A DNA stretch of 64,000 bases from Candidatus Sulfobium sp. (GCA_037380845.1 JARRRI010000009.1:1-64000), one strand, 5' to 3'. Counted from the stretch's first letter, positions 51,020 through 62,024 are shown. Notes: a model not told the origin generated them from the sequence alone. Translations and numbers: made by a program.

Positions 51020-51374
51020 AAACAGGTCTCCCGGGTATCCGCCCTCTTCCTTCAGATACTGCTCCGCGATGTGAAACAGCGCTGGAGACTTCACCGTCAT
51101 TGATGAACTCAAAGAAACCGAAGAACCCCGTACGTTCTGCGTGAAATTCATTATGGCGCACGTCGACGAAAGAGATAATTCTTCCGGCGGGTCCGCCGTC
51201 TTTCAGGGCTGCGAAGTGTTTTGCACGGCCGCTGAAAGAAAGGGTTTCCGGCGGAAAAATGAACCTTCATTTCCCGGTTCAACTGAGGGACGAACAGCGG
51301 GTCTTTCAGGTAGAGAGCAAAAGGAGGCGGACAAAGCCATCGAGGAATCCGCCGGCCTCAATGACCTCTGTCAT
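51020..51374 (-). pseudogene. Bacterial ceramide synthase-like (bCerS/YghO GNAT family) 5' fragment with several frameshifts
   Basis: ATG directly after spt stop; frames stitch to MTEVIEAGGFLDGFVRL/FALYLKDPLFVPQLNREMKVHFSAGNPFF/HFAALKDGGPAGRIISFVDVRHNEFHAERTGFFGFFEFINDGEVSSA/LFHIAEQYLKEEG. Confidence 0.75.
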
Positions 51375-52571
51375 TTATATTATGCCCAGGGCCTTTCCCA
51401 CTTTTTCAAAGGCGCGCAGGACCTTGTCGAGTTGCTCATCTGTGTGAGTCGCCATATAACTGGTCCTGATGATGGACTTTCCGCTTGCGACGGCGGGACT
51501 GACCGCGACATTTGCGAATACCCCCTCTTCCTGCAGCATCCTGATCATGGCAAAGGCCTTCATGTCTTCACCGACCAGTATTGGAATAATCGGGGTTTCA
51601 GTGGGACCTATCTCAAAACCCAGCGACTTGAACCCTTCATGCATCTTCCATGTGTTGGACCATAATCTCTGTATGCGCTCCGGCTCGTTTTCGATGATGT
51701 CCAGTGCTGCGCCCACCGCGGCTATAGAGGCGGGCGGGGGACTGGCACTGAAAATCAATGCCCTTGCAAAATGCTTGATGTAGTGTATCACCTTCTCTTC
51801 GCCCGAGATAAACCCCCCGATCGAGGCAAGAGACTTGCTGTAAGTCCCCATTATAAGGTCGACTTCGTTTTCCAGGCCGAAATGTTCCGCCGTCCCGCGG
51901 CCGGTCTTGCCGAGGACCCCTATGCCGTGCGCGTCGTCGACCATTATTCTCGCGTTATACTTCCTGGCAAGAGAAACAACATCCGGCAGATTGACGACAT
52001 CCCCCTCCATGCTGAAGACGCCGTCAACGACGATCATTTTTTTGCGCTCCTTGTATTCTGCCAATATCCTCTCGAGATCCGCCATGTCGTTGTGCCGGAA
52101 CTTACGCACCTCTGCATAAGAGAGGCGGCAGCCGTCGATAATGCTCGCATGGTCCATCTTGTCGATTATGATGACATCGTCCTTCCCGGCCAGGGCTGAA
52201 ATCACGCCGAGATTAACCTGAAACCCCGTTGAAAAGACGAGTGCGGCTTCCTTTCTTATAAACCTGGCCAGCTTCTCTTCAAGCGCAACATGTATGTCCA
52301 GCGTGCCGTTCAGAAACCGGGAACCTGCGCACCCTGAACCGTACTTCGTCACCGCCGCCAGGGCCGCTTCTTTTACCGCAGGATGGTTCGTGAGTCCCAG
52401 ATAGTTGTTGGAACCCACCATTATCATTCTTTTCCCATTCATTACCACCTCAGGGTCCTGTGCGCTCTCTATGACCCTGAAATACGGGTACAACTCGGCT
52501 GCCATAAGCTCCTTCGCCTTCGTAAATCGGTAACACTTGTCGAACAAGTCTGAGTTTCTCTCTATAGCCAT
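51375..52571 (-). CDS. spt: Alpha-oxoamine synthase, serine palmitoyltransferase-like
   Basis: [58 protein letters not shown]. Confidence 0.75.
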   Translation of the reverse strand: MAIERNSDLFDKCYRFTKAKELMAAELYPYFRVIESAQDPEVVMNGKRMIMVGSNNYLGLTNHPAVKEAALAAVTKYGSGCAGSRFLNGTLDIHVALEEKLARFIRKEAALVFSTGFQVNLGVISALAGKDDVIIIDKMDHASIIDGCRLSYAEVRKFRHNDMADLERILAEYKERKKMIVVDGVFSMEGDVVNLPDVVSLARKYNARIMVDDAHGIGVLGKTGRGTAEHFGLENEVDLIMGTYSKSLASIGGFISGEEKVIHYIKHFARALIFSASPPPASIAAVGAALDIIENEPERIQRLWSNTWKMHEGFKSLGFEIGPTETPIIPILVGEDMKAFAMIRMLQEEGVFANVAVSPAVASGKSIIRTSYMATHTDEQLDKVLRAFEKVGKALGII

Positions 52572-53425
52572 CGGTGAATTTTGTACCAGTCTGCCGTCCA
52601 TTTTACCCCTTCCGTCAATGTTGTCTTTGAACCAAATCCCAGTTCTCTTCTTGCTTTGCCGACATCGCAGGTCCAGTTCGAAAAACGAAGTTCCCTCACC
52701 TTGTCACTATTAATTATACTCTTTTTATTAATTTTTTCACCCAGGAAGGCGAAAAACGGCACGAGCGGCAGAGGCAGCCTTATTTTTATCGGTTTCGTTT
52801 CGAGCGCCTCAGATATCCCTTTAATAATTTCCCCGTTAGTATAAACCATCTCATCCGACAAATAGGGGAAAATCCCTCTCTTTACCATCCGGAACATCAC
52901 GAGAAAATCGGCGTCTCTTGGTCCATAAACGGCAGACGGCCTTATGACTGTTACCGGCATCTCACCACAGTGGCGCAATACGGCCTTCTCGCCTTCAAGT
53001 TTACTTTTTCCATAAAACGAAACCGGCATCGGCTCACAATCTTCCTTCAGGGGGACCCCGTCACTGCTCGGTCCGGCGGCAGCAAGACTGCTGACATATA
53101 CGAATCTCCTTAGTCCGACATTCCTCTCGGCAGCAATTTTCGCCAGCTTCGCGGTGCATACCGCATTCGCCGAGAAAAACTCGCTCTCCGTCTTCGCCTT
53201 GGTGAGCCCTGCAAGGTGAAAGATAAAGTCAAAATCCTTTATCTGGCCGGCGCACGAATCGATATCGGCAAGATCGCAGGAAATATATTTCAGATCAAGG
53301 TGTTCTATCCACTTCAGGTCGGAAGTGCTTCTTGCGATGCAGGTTACCTCATAACCTCTCCTCAACAAGGCTTCCGCAAGATAGCTTCCGATGAAGCCGG
53401 TAGCTCCTGTTACCAGGGCTTTCAT
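52562..53425 (-). CDS. NAD-dependent epimerase/dehydratase (extended SDR), CerR-like by context; apparent in-frame deletion near 52862
   Basis: [33 protein letters not shown]; overlaps spt start. Confidence 0.85.
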   Translation of the reverse strand: MKALVTGATGFIGSYLAEALLRRGYEVTCIARSTSDLKWIEHLDLKYISCDLADIDSCAGQIKDFDFIFHLAGLTKAKTESEFFSANAVCTAKLAKIAAERNVGLRRFVYVSSLAAAGPSSDGVPLKEDCEPMPVSFYGKSKLEGEKAVLRHCGEMPVTVIRPSAVYGPRDADFLVMFRMVKRGIFPYLSDEMVYTNGEIIKGISEALETKPIKIRLPLPLVPFFAFLGEKINKKSIINSDKVRELRFSNWTCDVGKARRELGFGSKTTLTEGVKWTADWYKIHRWL

Positions 53426-53689
53426 AGGATGGAGTTATTCTCGTCCAAATTGCCGGGATTAGTCAAGTAGAAACAAACTGACTGACCGACGGACCCCCGT
53501 GAGTCGACTGTCATTATATCCCTTCCCGCTCCGGAGCAAAATACTTTTCCGACCTTTTCCCCGCATGATCACCGAAGGCTAAATGCCTTCTTTCGTACCG
53601 CCACGTCCGGAATCTTTTTTTGTATCACATGTGTTACGCTGTCCGACCCAGCCATCCGCCGTATATGATACCGCGGCCGCAGACTCCTC

Positions 53690-54772
53690 TTACTGGGAGC
53701 CATAGCTGTGAAGACCGGAGAGCAGCAGGTTCACCCCGAGATAGGTAAAGACTACCGCTACAAAGCCGACGACCGCCACAATGGCCACCTTCTTGCCTCT
53801 CCAGCCGCGCATAAGCCGGCTGTGAAGATAAAAGGCATAAAGGAACCATGTGATCAGCGACCATGTCTCCTTGGGGTCCCAACTCCAGTATTTGCCCCAA
53901 GCCTGGTTCGCCCACAGTGCTCCGAATATCAATCCCCCGAGAGTGAAAATAGGAAACCCGATCGCTATCAGCTTATACGTGATTTCATCGAGTATCTCAG
54001 CCGAAATATTAAAACCCTTTATCACCTTCTTCATAATTCCCCCGTACCTCCACACAAGGAAAGTGAAAACCACAGCCGCACCCCAGCTTATCGTCTCTAT
54101 GGCGCCCGAACTGTTGCGGAAGGTGGCCCTGAAGAGGTAACTCTTTATGAACTCCTGCTGGCTCTGACCGGTTACCTTGAATGCGAAATAGTCAAGACCC
54201 ATCGCGGCAAGGACGATTATAAAGATGCTCAGCATCACCGTCCAGAAGATGTACGCAGGCTCGTTCTTTTTTTCGGTCCGGACTATGAGGTACATGAGGC
54301 CCGTACTGAAGGAAATGCCGAACATCGAATATGAAATGAAGCTCATCATGACGTGGGCAAGAAGCCAGTTGCTCTGCAGTGCCGGCACCAGGGGCTGGAT
54401 GTTCTTCGACATACCGGAGAGATCTATAAACGCCAGTGCCAGACCGGCGACGGGCGTGATAAAAGCACCGAAAGAGCGGTTACTGTATTTGAACTCTATT
54501 ACCAGATAAGCCAGAATCAGACACCAGACAAAGAATATGAGAGACTCGTAAAGGTTGGTCAGCGGCACGGCACGGAGAAAGCTCTGTTCGACGGCGTAAA
54601 ACTCCTTCCACCTGAGAACCAGCGCGATAGTCTGTGACACAAAACCGGTGATAGTTATGAGAGTTGCTGCCACCCCGATCTGTTTTTTCTTGAAACCAAG
54701 ATACGTTATATATGCCACCATGGCCAGGAAATATGCGATTGTGGAAATCCCAAAAAAGGTCGAACTGTCCAT
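53690..54772 (-). CDS. resC: Cytochrome c biogenesis protein ResC/CcsA (system II)
   Basis: PLTNLYES, PALQSNWL.AHV, WANQAWGKYWSWDPKETW, GLHSY. Confidence 0.94.
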   Translation of the reverse strand: MDSSTFFGISTIAYFLAMVAYITYLGFKKKQIGVAATLITITGFVSQTIALVLRWKEFYAVEQSFLRAVPLTNLYESLIFFVWCLILAYLVIEFKYSNRSFGAFITPVAGLALAFIDLSGMSKNIQPLVPALQSNWLLAHVMMSFISYSMFGISFSTGLMYLIVRTEKKNEPAYIFWTVMLSIFIIVLAAMGLDYFAFKVTGQSQQEFIKSYLFRATFRNSSGAIETISWGAAVVFTFLVWRYGGIMKKVIKGFNISAEILDEITYKLIAIGFPIFTLGGLIFGALWANQAWGKYWSWDPKETWSLITWFLYAFYLHSRLMRGWRGKKVAIVAVVGFVAVVFTYLGVNLLLSGLHSYGSQ

Positions 54773-56208
54773 CAACTTCCCCCTTTCTGACCGGAGCCGA
54801 GGGCCTTGGCCAGCTTATCTATCTTTTTCTCAAAGGCGGCCCTGTTCCTGTGAGCAGAAGCGCCTATCAGTATCCTCGTGCCGCCCTTTTCCTCGGAAAT
54901 ATGCATCCAGATCCGTCTGTGGCTCATGAAGAACGAGACAAAGAGGCCGAACGCCAGGATGAAACACCCGATATAAACAATGGTCTGACCGGGGTCTTTC
55001 CTGACCTGAAGTCCGGTGTACTGAACGCCCCAGTAATCGACAAACTCCGCCTTACTGCCTCCGGGCAGGTTCCATGTCTGAGGGAATCTCTTAAAGATCC
55101 AGCCGGAATAATGTTTTCCTCCCGGGGCTGAGAATTCGACGAATATTGCCGGATTGACCATATTCTGATCATATGTGAAGGGTTTTCCAGACTGGTCCAC
55201 GGTGAGAGCGGGACTGAAATCAGTGATACGTCCTTCTATTCCCGTGCCGGGGATAGTGAAACTGCCTCCCAGCCTGGTATTGAAATCTTCGGATTTCCCG
55301 TCTTTGGATACCAGCCTGAGCATGACAATGCCCCTCCCCAGATTTTCCTGCATCGTGCCGAAACTGGACTGATAAAAGGTAATACCGTTATACGTAAGAG
55401 GGTCGTTAACCACGATCGCCTTCTTTTCCACCTCAGTACCGTTCTTCAGGATGGTCAGCCAGCTCTTGTAGCTTCTCGGCATATCGGTGTCCCCGTAAAA
55501 CTTCACTTCGAATTTATCACAACGGACCTCGAACCCGAGCAGGACCCTCCTGTTGCCGGTCTGGTAGGCAAACGATGACGTCTGCCCCTCGGGCAACGCG
55601 AGGAATGCATTGAAACCGAAAGCCACGCCTATTATTGCGCCGGCAAGAATGATGAGTATGCTGCAATGAGTGATATATACGCCGAGCCTCGTAAAATTTC
55701 CCTTCTCAGCGTAAAGCTGCACCCCCTGTTCCGAAGAGGATTCCGAAGGCCTGAAACCGATCTTTCTGAACGCTTTGGTAGCAAGATCCTTGGCGTGGGC
55801 GGGCTTGGCCTTCAGGGTAACGGTCTTCTTAATGGACATCCTCCCGACATGGTCCGGTGACAGGGGACGGATCGGCTCCCTGACTATCTTCCATATCCTC
55901 GGGATCCTGTCGAGAGAGCAGATAATAAGATTTGCCGCGAAAAGCAGGAGGAAGGTAATAAACCACCATGAATGGTACATATCCATGAAGCCGAGCTTGT
56001 CAAAAACGCTATAGGCTGCCGGGGCGCCCGACTGGCCGAAGAACTTTGCAAGGATTTTGATATTTTTTGCCGGTTCGGCGTTCTGTTCGATAACTGTTCC
56101 GACGATCGAGGTTAAAGCAATTAATGAGAATATCACAACCGCAAACTTGACGGACGCGAAGAGACCCCATATCTTGTCGGTTAAAGTCTTATGCTTTGTT
56201 TTTTCCAT
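54772..56208 (-). CDS. resB: Cytochrome c biogenesis protein ResB/Ccs1
   Basis: IVGTVIEQN, MYHSWWF, YITH, VNDPL.Y.G..FYQSS, DPG. Confidence 0.93.
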   Translation of the reverse strand: MEKTKHKTLTDKIWGLFASVKFAVVIFSLIALTSIVGTVIEQNAEPAKNIKILAKFFGQSGAPAAYSVFDKLGFMDMYHSWWFITFLLLFAANLIICSLDRIPRIWKIVREPIRPLSPDHVGRMSIKKTVTLKAKPAHAKDLATKAFRKIGFRPSESSSEQGVQLYAEKGNFTRLGVYITHCSILIILAGAIIGVAFGFNAFLALPEGQTSSFAYQTGNRRVLLGFEVRCDKFEVKFYGDTDMPRSYKSWLTILKNGTEVEKKAIVVNDPLTYNGITFYQSSFGTMQENLGRGIVMLRLVSKDGKSEDFNTRLGGSFTIPGTGIEGRITDFSPALTVDQSGKPFTYDQNMVNPAIFVEFSAPGGKHYSGWIFKRFPQTWNLPGGSKAEFVDYWGVQYTGLQVRKDPGQTIVYIGCFILAFGLFVSFFMSHRRIWMHISEEKGGTRILIGASAHRNRAAFEKKIDKLAKALGSGQKGGS

Positions 56209-56291
56209 TAGAATAATCTACCGGATGCAACTATATATAATAAAATATTGCTTTTGGACAAAACAAGGAAATTGGTAACCGCGACGGTGCC

Positions 56292-56762
56292 TTAAGACAA
56301 CTTAACGGGCCTGTCTCTTTCGGCATTGACTATGCAGAGAAAACCGAAGGGCTCATCGAACGGGTTCCTCAGCTGATGCACGATGTCAGAAGCGATATAC
56401 AGGACGTCGAGGAACCTCATGTTTCTTTTCAGTTTCCCGGTCCGCACAACCCCTTCACCCTTTATGCAGATTACAACGTGTTCGTGTCCGTGCCTTTCCA
56501 GACTGCTGAACCCGCCGGGAGAGATTTCGAAGTACCTGACATGGAATTTTGTCGATTCTCCATGCGACCCTATCAGCACCCTTCTCACCACATCCGCCCA
56601 ACCCTCGCCTTCCACCTTGTATTGGTCATCCCGTATGCCTTCCCACCTGCATTCACCCTTGTGAGGGTAAAAGGCGGTCCGATTGGCCCTTCTCCCCTCA
56701 CCTTTCTTCTTTGCCGGCAGCTCGCAGAATGACTCAACGGATTTCTTTTTCACTGTCACCAC
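56292..56762 (-). CDS. Cupin domain protein
   Basis: RYFEISPGGFSSLERHGHEH...HQLRN..EPFGFLCIVNAERDRP. Confidence 0.88.
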   Translation of the reverse strand: MVTVKKKSVESFCELPAKKKGEGRRANRTAFYPHKGECRWEGIRDDQYKVEGEGWADVVRRVLIGSHGESTKFHVRYFEISPGGFSSLERHGHEHVVICIKGEGVVRTGKLKRNMRFLDVLYIASDIVHQLRNPFDEPFGFLCIVNAERDRPVKLS

Positions 56763-56778
56763 CCATTATTCAAAACGT

Positions 56779-57686
56779 TCAAAAACTCACAATGCACTTC
56801 AGGGAATCACCGGCGGCCGCGGTAAGCCTGAAGGCATCGTCCGCCCTTTCAACAGGAAACCTGTGTGTAATGAGTTTCTCCGCCGAAACAATTCCCTCTT
56901 CGATCAGTTCGGAGGCGTCCGCCGTATCCGTCGGTCCGCAGGAGTAGCTCGTAATAATATTTATATCGTTAAAATATAGGGTTTTAACTTCGTAATCCAT
57001 CTCGTGCCCCTTATTTTTTCAGAGAAATTTGACAATTACCAATGCTCAGATATGTCGATAACCTCGTCCGCACCCAGTTCAAGAGCCTTGCCCAGCCGGA
57101 ACTTCACCATGTCCGCCCCTATGACCTTGCCGGCACCGAAATGTCTCGCGAGCAGCAGGTGTATCATGCCCATTACACCCAGACCCATGATTAAGACCGC
57201 ATCTCCCCGTTGAATCGGCGCCCGTCTGAAAGCCTTGACCACGCACGCCGCGGGCTCAATCAGCGTTCCGTCTTCGAAGCTCATGCCTTCAGAGAGAGTT
57301 ATAGTGTCGTTTTCGAGATTCAGGGATGGAACAAGTATATATTCGGACAGTCCTCCCGGTATGATGCCCGATCCCTTCCACGCCGAACATTGCACGTAAT
57401 CGCCCCGCCTGCAGAACCTGCAGGTGAAGCAGGGAGCGTGATGGTGGATAAAGACCTTCTCTCCCCTTCTGAAAGAAGTGACATCCCTTCCGACATCCAC
57501 AATCTCCCCCGCAGGCTCATGCCCGGGCACAAGCGGCGCCTTTTTCTCTATGTACCAGGGCATCACATCTCCCGAACAGATGCCGCAGGCCCGGGTCTTC
57601 ACAAGCGCATCCCCACGTCCCGTTTCAGGAACGGGAATATCTTCTATTCGTATATCGTCGAAGCTGTAAAGCCTGGCAACCTTCAT
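56779..57686 (-). pseudogene. Zinc-dependent alcohol/sugar dehydrogenase interrupted at about 56980-57040 by unrelated sequence
   Basis: GICSGD, GHEPAG, CFTCRFC, GLGVMG; C-terminal LYFNDINI...LITHRF resumes after a stop. Confidence 0.8.
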
Positions 57687-57868
57687 CTGCCCGCCTTCGC
57701 CACTTGGGCGTCAAAATATACCTGATTATTTAGCTATTTTAGCATTTTGGCAGGGTCTGGTGTCGGGCGCAGAGTCTGCCCGTGCGGGGCGTCAAAAACA
57801 GTCAACTCTGCCTGAAAGCTCTTGCTGCCTGAAAGATCGTTTATAATGACTCAAGCAAGGAGGAGAAA

Positions 57869-58774
57869 ATGATCCGGGTGGGAACGTGTTCCTGGACGGA
57901 AAAAACGCTTATAAAAAGCGGCGAATTCTACCCCGGAGGGATGAGGTCTGCGGAAGATCGTCTGCGGTATTATGCGGAGAATTTTTCGACAGTGGAGGTG
58001 GATTCAACATATTATGCGATCCCGAACACGACCACTTCTTCACTGTGGGCGGAGAGAACTCCGGAAAATTTTATATTCCACATTAAGGCATACGGGGCAT
58101 TGACGGGGCACGGTGTTGACCCGAGGACCCTGCCTCCCGACATCGCAGGATCACTTCCGGCAGTTGTCAAAGACAAGAAATACGTTTATATAAAGAAGCC
58201 CGCTTTACTTGAATCCATCGCCGGGAGATTCAGGGATGCCCTTTTGCCGCTCTTGAAAACCGGCAAACTCGGAATCATAGTATTTCAGTTCCCTCCGTGG
58301 TTTCAGTACAGTCCGGCCCGTATGGAAGGCATGGCGGAATTGAGGGGACTGATGAATGGACTGGACATAGCGGTGGAATTCAGGCATGGCAGCTGGCTTT
58401 TACCTGAAAGGGTTGAGCCGCTTCTGCGTTTTCTGTCTGACCACGGTATTACCTATGTCGCCGCAGACGAGCCCCGGTACGGAAGTCTGGCGACAGTTCC
58501 CTTTATACCCGCGGTGACGACTCAAACAGCCTACTTCAGGTTCCACGGGAGAAACCGGGAAAACTGGCTAAGAAGGGGTGTAGAGACTTCGCTCAGGTAC
58601 GATTATCGTTATTCAGACGATGAGCTGGAAGAGTTCGTTCCTCCCGTTATGAAATCGGCAGCGACCGCCACGAGTGTTTTTACCATGTTCAATAACTGTC
58701 ACGGAGCCTCTGCTGTTAAAAACGCGATCAGCTTCAAAGAACTACTAAAAAGAAAGAAGGCAGACACGGGCTAG
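57869..58774 (+). CDS. DUF72 (YecE) family protein
   Basis: RVGTCSW, VEVDSTYY, FQFPPWF, VEFRH, YFRFHGRN, FNNC. Confidence 0.92.
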   Translation: MIRVGTCSWTEKTLIKSGEFYPGGMRSAEDRLRYYAENFSTVEVDSTYYAIPNTTTSSLWAERTPENFIFHIKAYGALTGHGVDPRTLPPDIAGSLPAVVKDKKYVYIKKPALLESIAGRFRDALLPLLKTGKLGIIVFQFPPWFQYSPARMEGMAELRGLMNGLDIAVEFRHGSWLLPERVEPLLRFLSDHGITYVAADEPRYGSLATVPFIPAVTTQTAYFRFHGRNRENWLRRGVETSLRYDYRYSDDELEEFVPPVMKSAATATSVFTMFNNCHGASAVKNAISFKELLKRKKADTG

Positions 58775-58840
58775 GAGAGGGATGGCGATAACCGGATCCT
58801 TCCGGAAGGTTTTGCCCATAATGATTCCGGACGCACTTCT

Positions 58841-59899
58841 TCAGGGGACAATCGCGTATTTTATGCCTTCGCCTTTCACCAGCTTCTGAAACGCCTCCCC
58901 GATGTCCTTGAGACGATAAGTACCTGAAATCAGTTTCTTCACCTTTATCTTCTTCCCCTTCAAAAGAAGCATGGCTTTTTTCACATCCCCGGGAGTGAAA
59001 TGAAAGGTCCCCCTGACAGAAATCTCGTCGTAATGCAACCTTCCCGCATCGAACTTCACTGTAGAGCCGGGCTTGCATCCGCCAAAGAGCACTACCGTCC
59101 CGCCCTTGCGCACATAATCAACGGACGATTCCCATATTGCAGGCTGCCCAGTGCATTCAAACACAAAGTCGGCGCCCATTCCCCCTGTGAAATCCCTGAC
59201 ACTCCCCAAGGCCCGGGAAGGCTCGAAGGCGAAATCCGCACCCATCGATTTGGCCGTTTTCAGCCTTTCTTCTTCGAGGCCCGTGATCAGAATCCTGGCG
59301 CCCCGGGATTTTGCAAGAAGCAGGTGCAGCAGGCCGATGGGGCCGGCCCCGATAATAAAAACAGTATCGTCTTTCTTGATATGGAGAGGTTCCATCCCGT
59401 GCACGACACACGCAAGCGGTTCGAGAAAGGCCGCCTCGCTGAAGTTGAGATCCGGAGGCTTTATGAACACATTCTGACTCACGATGTGCCGGGGCAGCAG
59501 GACATACTCTGCAAACGCGCCCAGCACCTTTGTCGACATAATATTGCAGCAAAGGTTGAAGAGACCCTTCCGGCAATGATCGCAGTCCAGGCACGGCGCA
59601 CTGTGGACGGCCATGACCGGGTCGCCGATCCTGAACCTGCCGGCGCCCTTGCCTTTGTCGACCACGACGCCGGAAAACTCGTGCCCGAAAGGACCCGGCA
59701 TGGGGATGAGGGAATGTCCCCTCAGAAAGGCCTTGAGGTCGGTCCCGCAGGTAAGCGATGACCTGACCTTTACCAGCACCTCGCCTTCGGAAGGCCGGGG
59801 GTTCTGGATCTCCCTTAATTCGATATTACCGGGGCTTGAGAGGATGGCGGAAAGCAATTTCCCGACTCTATATTCTTGCGCCGAGTACCTGTCCGGCAA
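58841..59899 (-). CDS. Zinc-dependent alcohol/sugar dehydrogenase; start uncertain
   Basis: TCGTD, GHEFSG, CLDCDHC, EPLAC, GAGPIG. Confidence 0.9.
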   Translation of the reverse strand: MPDRYSAQEYRVGKLLSAILSSPGNIELREIQNPRPSEGEVLVKVRSSLTCGTDLKAFLRGHSLIPMPGPFGHEFSGVVVDKGKGAGRFRIGDPVMAVHSAPCLDCDHCRKGLFNLCCNIMSTKVLGAFAEYVLLPRHIVSQNVFIKPPDLNFSEAAFLEPLACVVHGMEPLHIKKDDTVFIIGAGPIGLLHLLLAKSRGARILITGLEEERLKTAKSMGADFAFEPSRALGSVRDFTGGMGADFVFECTGQPAIWESSVDYVRKGGTVVLFGGCKPGSTVKFDAGRLHYDEISVRGTFHFTPGDVKKAMLLLKGKKIKVKKLISGTYRLKDIGEAFQKLVKGEGIKYAIVP

Positions 59900-60113
59900 C
59901 CGCAGCCAGCACGAAGACCGGCACGTAACGAAAATCGAGATGAGCAGATATCCGGGCCAGGAAAATCAGAGGTATCGGCAGATGTATATAAAGGAACCAC
60001 TTGAAAGAAAACTTTCGCGTCTTCTTCCTGAGATGCCCGAAGGGCAGGTTCACCAGAACCGTCATTAATGCAATGCCCGCAACAAGGACCACAGTGGTCA
60101 TAAGCAAACTCAT
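59868..60113 (-). CDS. Small membrane protein
   Basis: VNLPFGHLR...KFSFKWFLYIHLPIP; three hydrophobic segments. Confidence 0.75.
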   Translation of the reverse strand: MSLLMTTVVLVAGIALMTVLVNLPFGHLRKKTRKFSFKWFLYIHLPIPLIFLARISAHLDFRYVPVFVLAAVAGQVLGARI

Positions 60114-60199
60114 AACTAAAAATACATTAGGTAAAGGCGGGAGGTCAAGCTTCTACGGGGCTCTGCAGCAGGGCCTCCGCAAAGATGTATAAGTCTCTA

Positions 60200-61369
60200 T
60201 CAGGCGGCAGCCGCCTTCTTCTTCTTTTTCTCCGCCGCAGCGGCGAAGACCTCGGCGGCATTAAAGGTGCCGTCTATTGCCTGCACCGGACATTTTGCCG
60301 TACATATGCCGCATCCGATACACTTGTCTTGATCTATGACATGCATCTTCTTCAGTTCACCGGAAGGCGCATTCACGGGACAAACCTTGGCGCAGATCTG
60401 GCATCCTATGCAGTTTTCATTCACAAACGCCTTCGACCTGTGAGGTATGAATTCACTAATGGCCTTCGTGGGGCATTTAGGTACACACAATCCGCAAACC
60501 TTGCACTTTTCAAGATCTATCCTGGAGAGATTGTTTGTGACCGAGGGGGCGTCAAAAGGACATATCTTCACGCATATTCCACAGGCGATACATCCGACCT
60601 GGCAGTTCTTGCGGGTGTCACCCCCCTTGTCTTTGGAGTGGCAGGTGACAAGGACCTCCATCGAGGCAGGCAACACTTCAATCACTTTGGTCGGACAGGC
60701 GGCCTCGCACTTGCGGCAGCCGGTGCATTTCGTTATATCAACAAAGGGAAGGTGGTCGTCGGTCATCGTTATGGCCCCGAAAGGGCAGACCCTCGAACAA
60801 GTTCCATACCCAAGGCATCCATATCTGCAGGCCTTGTCCCCGCCACCGGCCAGAATGGCGGCCCGGCAATCCTGCACCCCTTCGTATTTAAACCTTTTCA
60901 CTGCCCTGGACCAACTCCCCTGACACATTATCCGGGCGAATTCGGGTTCTTTCGCCTCCGCCTTCTTCCCTGTGATCAGGGCAACGGCTTCGGCAGTGGC
61001 GGCCTTCCCGGGGGTGCACAGGTTGGGAGCGACCTCGGGCTTTGCCACGACGGCCTCCGCATAGCTCTGGCAACCGGCAAACCCGCAGGCCCCGCAGTTA
61101 GCGCCGGCCAGAACGTCCCTTACCTTTTCCACCTTGGGGTCAACCTGGACCGAAAACTTTTTTGCGGCAACGGCAAGACCGAAACCGAAAACGGTAGCGA
61201 CCCCGGCAACAAAAAGCACCGTCAGCTTTATAACCGAGGTGACATCGATGGTTATATGTCCCTCAGATCCTCCCCCGGCGGCAACAAGAGGCACCGGCGC
61301 GTGACTTGCGATCATCTGAAGAAGATGGTGAATTATGAATAAAACCTGTGCACCTATGTCTAACATCAT
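60200..61369 (-). CDS. rnfB: Rnf complex subunit B, polyferredoxin type
   Basis: GANCGACGFAGC plus six ferredoxin-like CxxxxxCxxxCP motifs. Confidence 0.92.
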   Translation of the reverse strand: MMLDIGAQVLFIIHHLLQMIASHAPVPLVAAGGGSEGHITIDVTSVIKLTVLFVAGVATVFGFGLAVAAKKFSVQVDPKVEKVRDVLAGANCGACGFAGCQSYAEAVVAKPEVAPNLCTPGKAATAEAVALITGKKAEAKEPEFARIMCQGSWSRAVKRFKYEGVQDCRAAILAGGGDKACRYGCLGYGTCSRVCPFGAITMTDDHLPFVDITKCTGCRKCEAACPTKVIEVLPASMEVLVTCHSKDKGGDTRKNCQVGCIACGICVKICPFDAPSVTNNLSRIDLEKCKVCGLCVPKCPTKAISEFIPHRSKAFVNENCIGCQICAKVCPVNAPSGELKKMHVIDQDKCIGCGICTAKCPVQAIDGTFNAAEVFAAAAEKKKKKAAAA

Positions 61370-61424
61370 TTCACCTCGGTTAAAGTCTGGTTTCTACATA
61401 TAATACTATATTTACCCAAGATAA

Positions 61425-62012
61425 TTAAAGGGTTATCAGCCCGGAAAAGCCGGTGAAGGCCAGGGCGATAAGGCCAGTCGTAACGAACGCGATGGGCAGC
61501 CCCTTGAAGGGTCTCGGCACTTCGGCCAGCTCCAGCTTCTCCCTGATACTGGCCATTATGATGAGCGCAAGTGCAAATCCAAGGCCGGAGCCAAGACCGA
61601 AGGCAAGAGCCTCTATAAGGTTATACCCCTGTTCGGCGTTGATGAGAGGTACGGCCAGAATAATGCAGTTCGTGGATATGAGCGCCAGGTAGACGCCGAG
61701 CTTGTAGTAAAGACCTGGACTGACCTTCCTCATGATCGTGTCCGATGTCTGGACGAAGGCCGCCACAACGCCGATGAACAAAACGATCTTCAGGAACTCA
61801 ATGTGCAAAGGTATCATAATGAGAAAGTAGATAAGCCAGCTCAGGGCGGCGCTGATCATCATCACGGAGGTGAAGGTTATGCTCATGCCGACGGCAGTCT
61901 CCATCTTCTTGGACACGCCGAAAAATATGCAGAGCCCCAGGAACCTCGTGAAGACGAAGTTGTTGATAAGTGACGCTGCTATTACCAGTTCAAACAGTTT
62001 GCCGAATTCCAT
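61425..62012 (-). CDS. rnfA: Rnf complex subunit A
   Basis: NNFVFTRFLGLC, LISTNC, IREKL. Confidence 0.94.
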   Translation of the reverse strand: MEFGKLFELVIAASLINNFVFTRFLGLCIFFGVSKKMETAVGMSITFTSVMMISAALSWLIYFLIMIPLHIEFLKIVLFIGVVAAFVQTSDTIMRKVSPGLYYKLGVYLALISTNCIILAVPLINAEQGYNLIEALAFGLGSGLGFALALIIMASIREKLELAEVPRPFKGLPIAFVTTGLIALAFTGFSGLITL

Positions 62013-62024
62013 TGCTCTTTCTCC

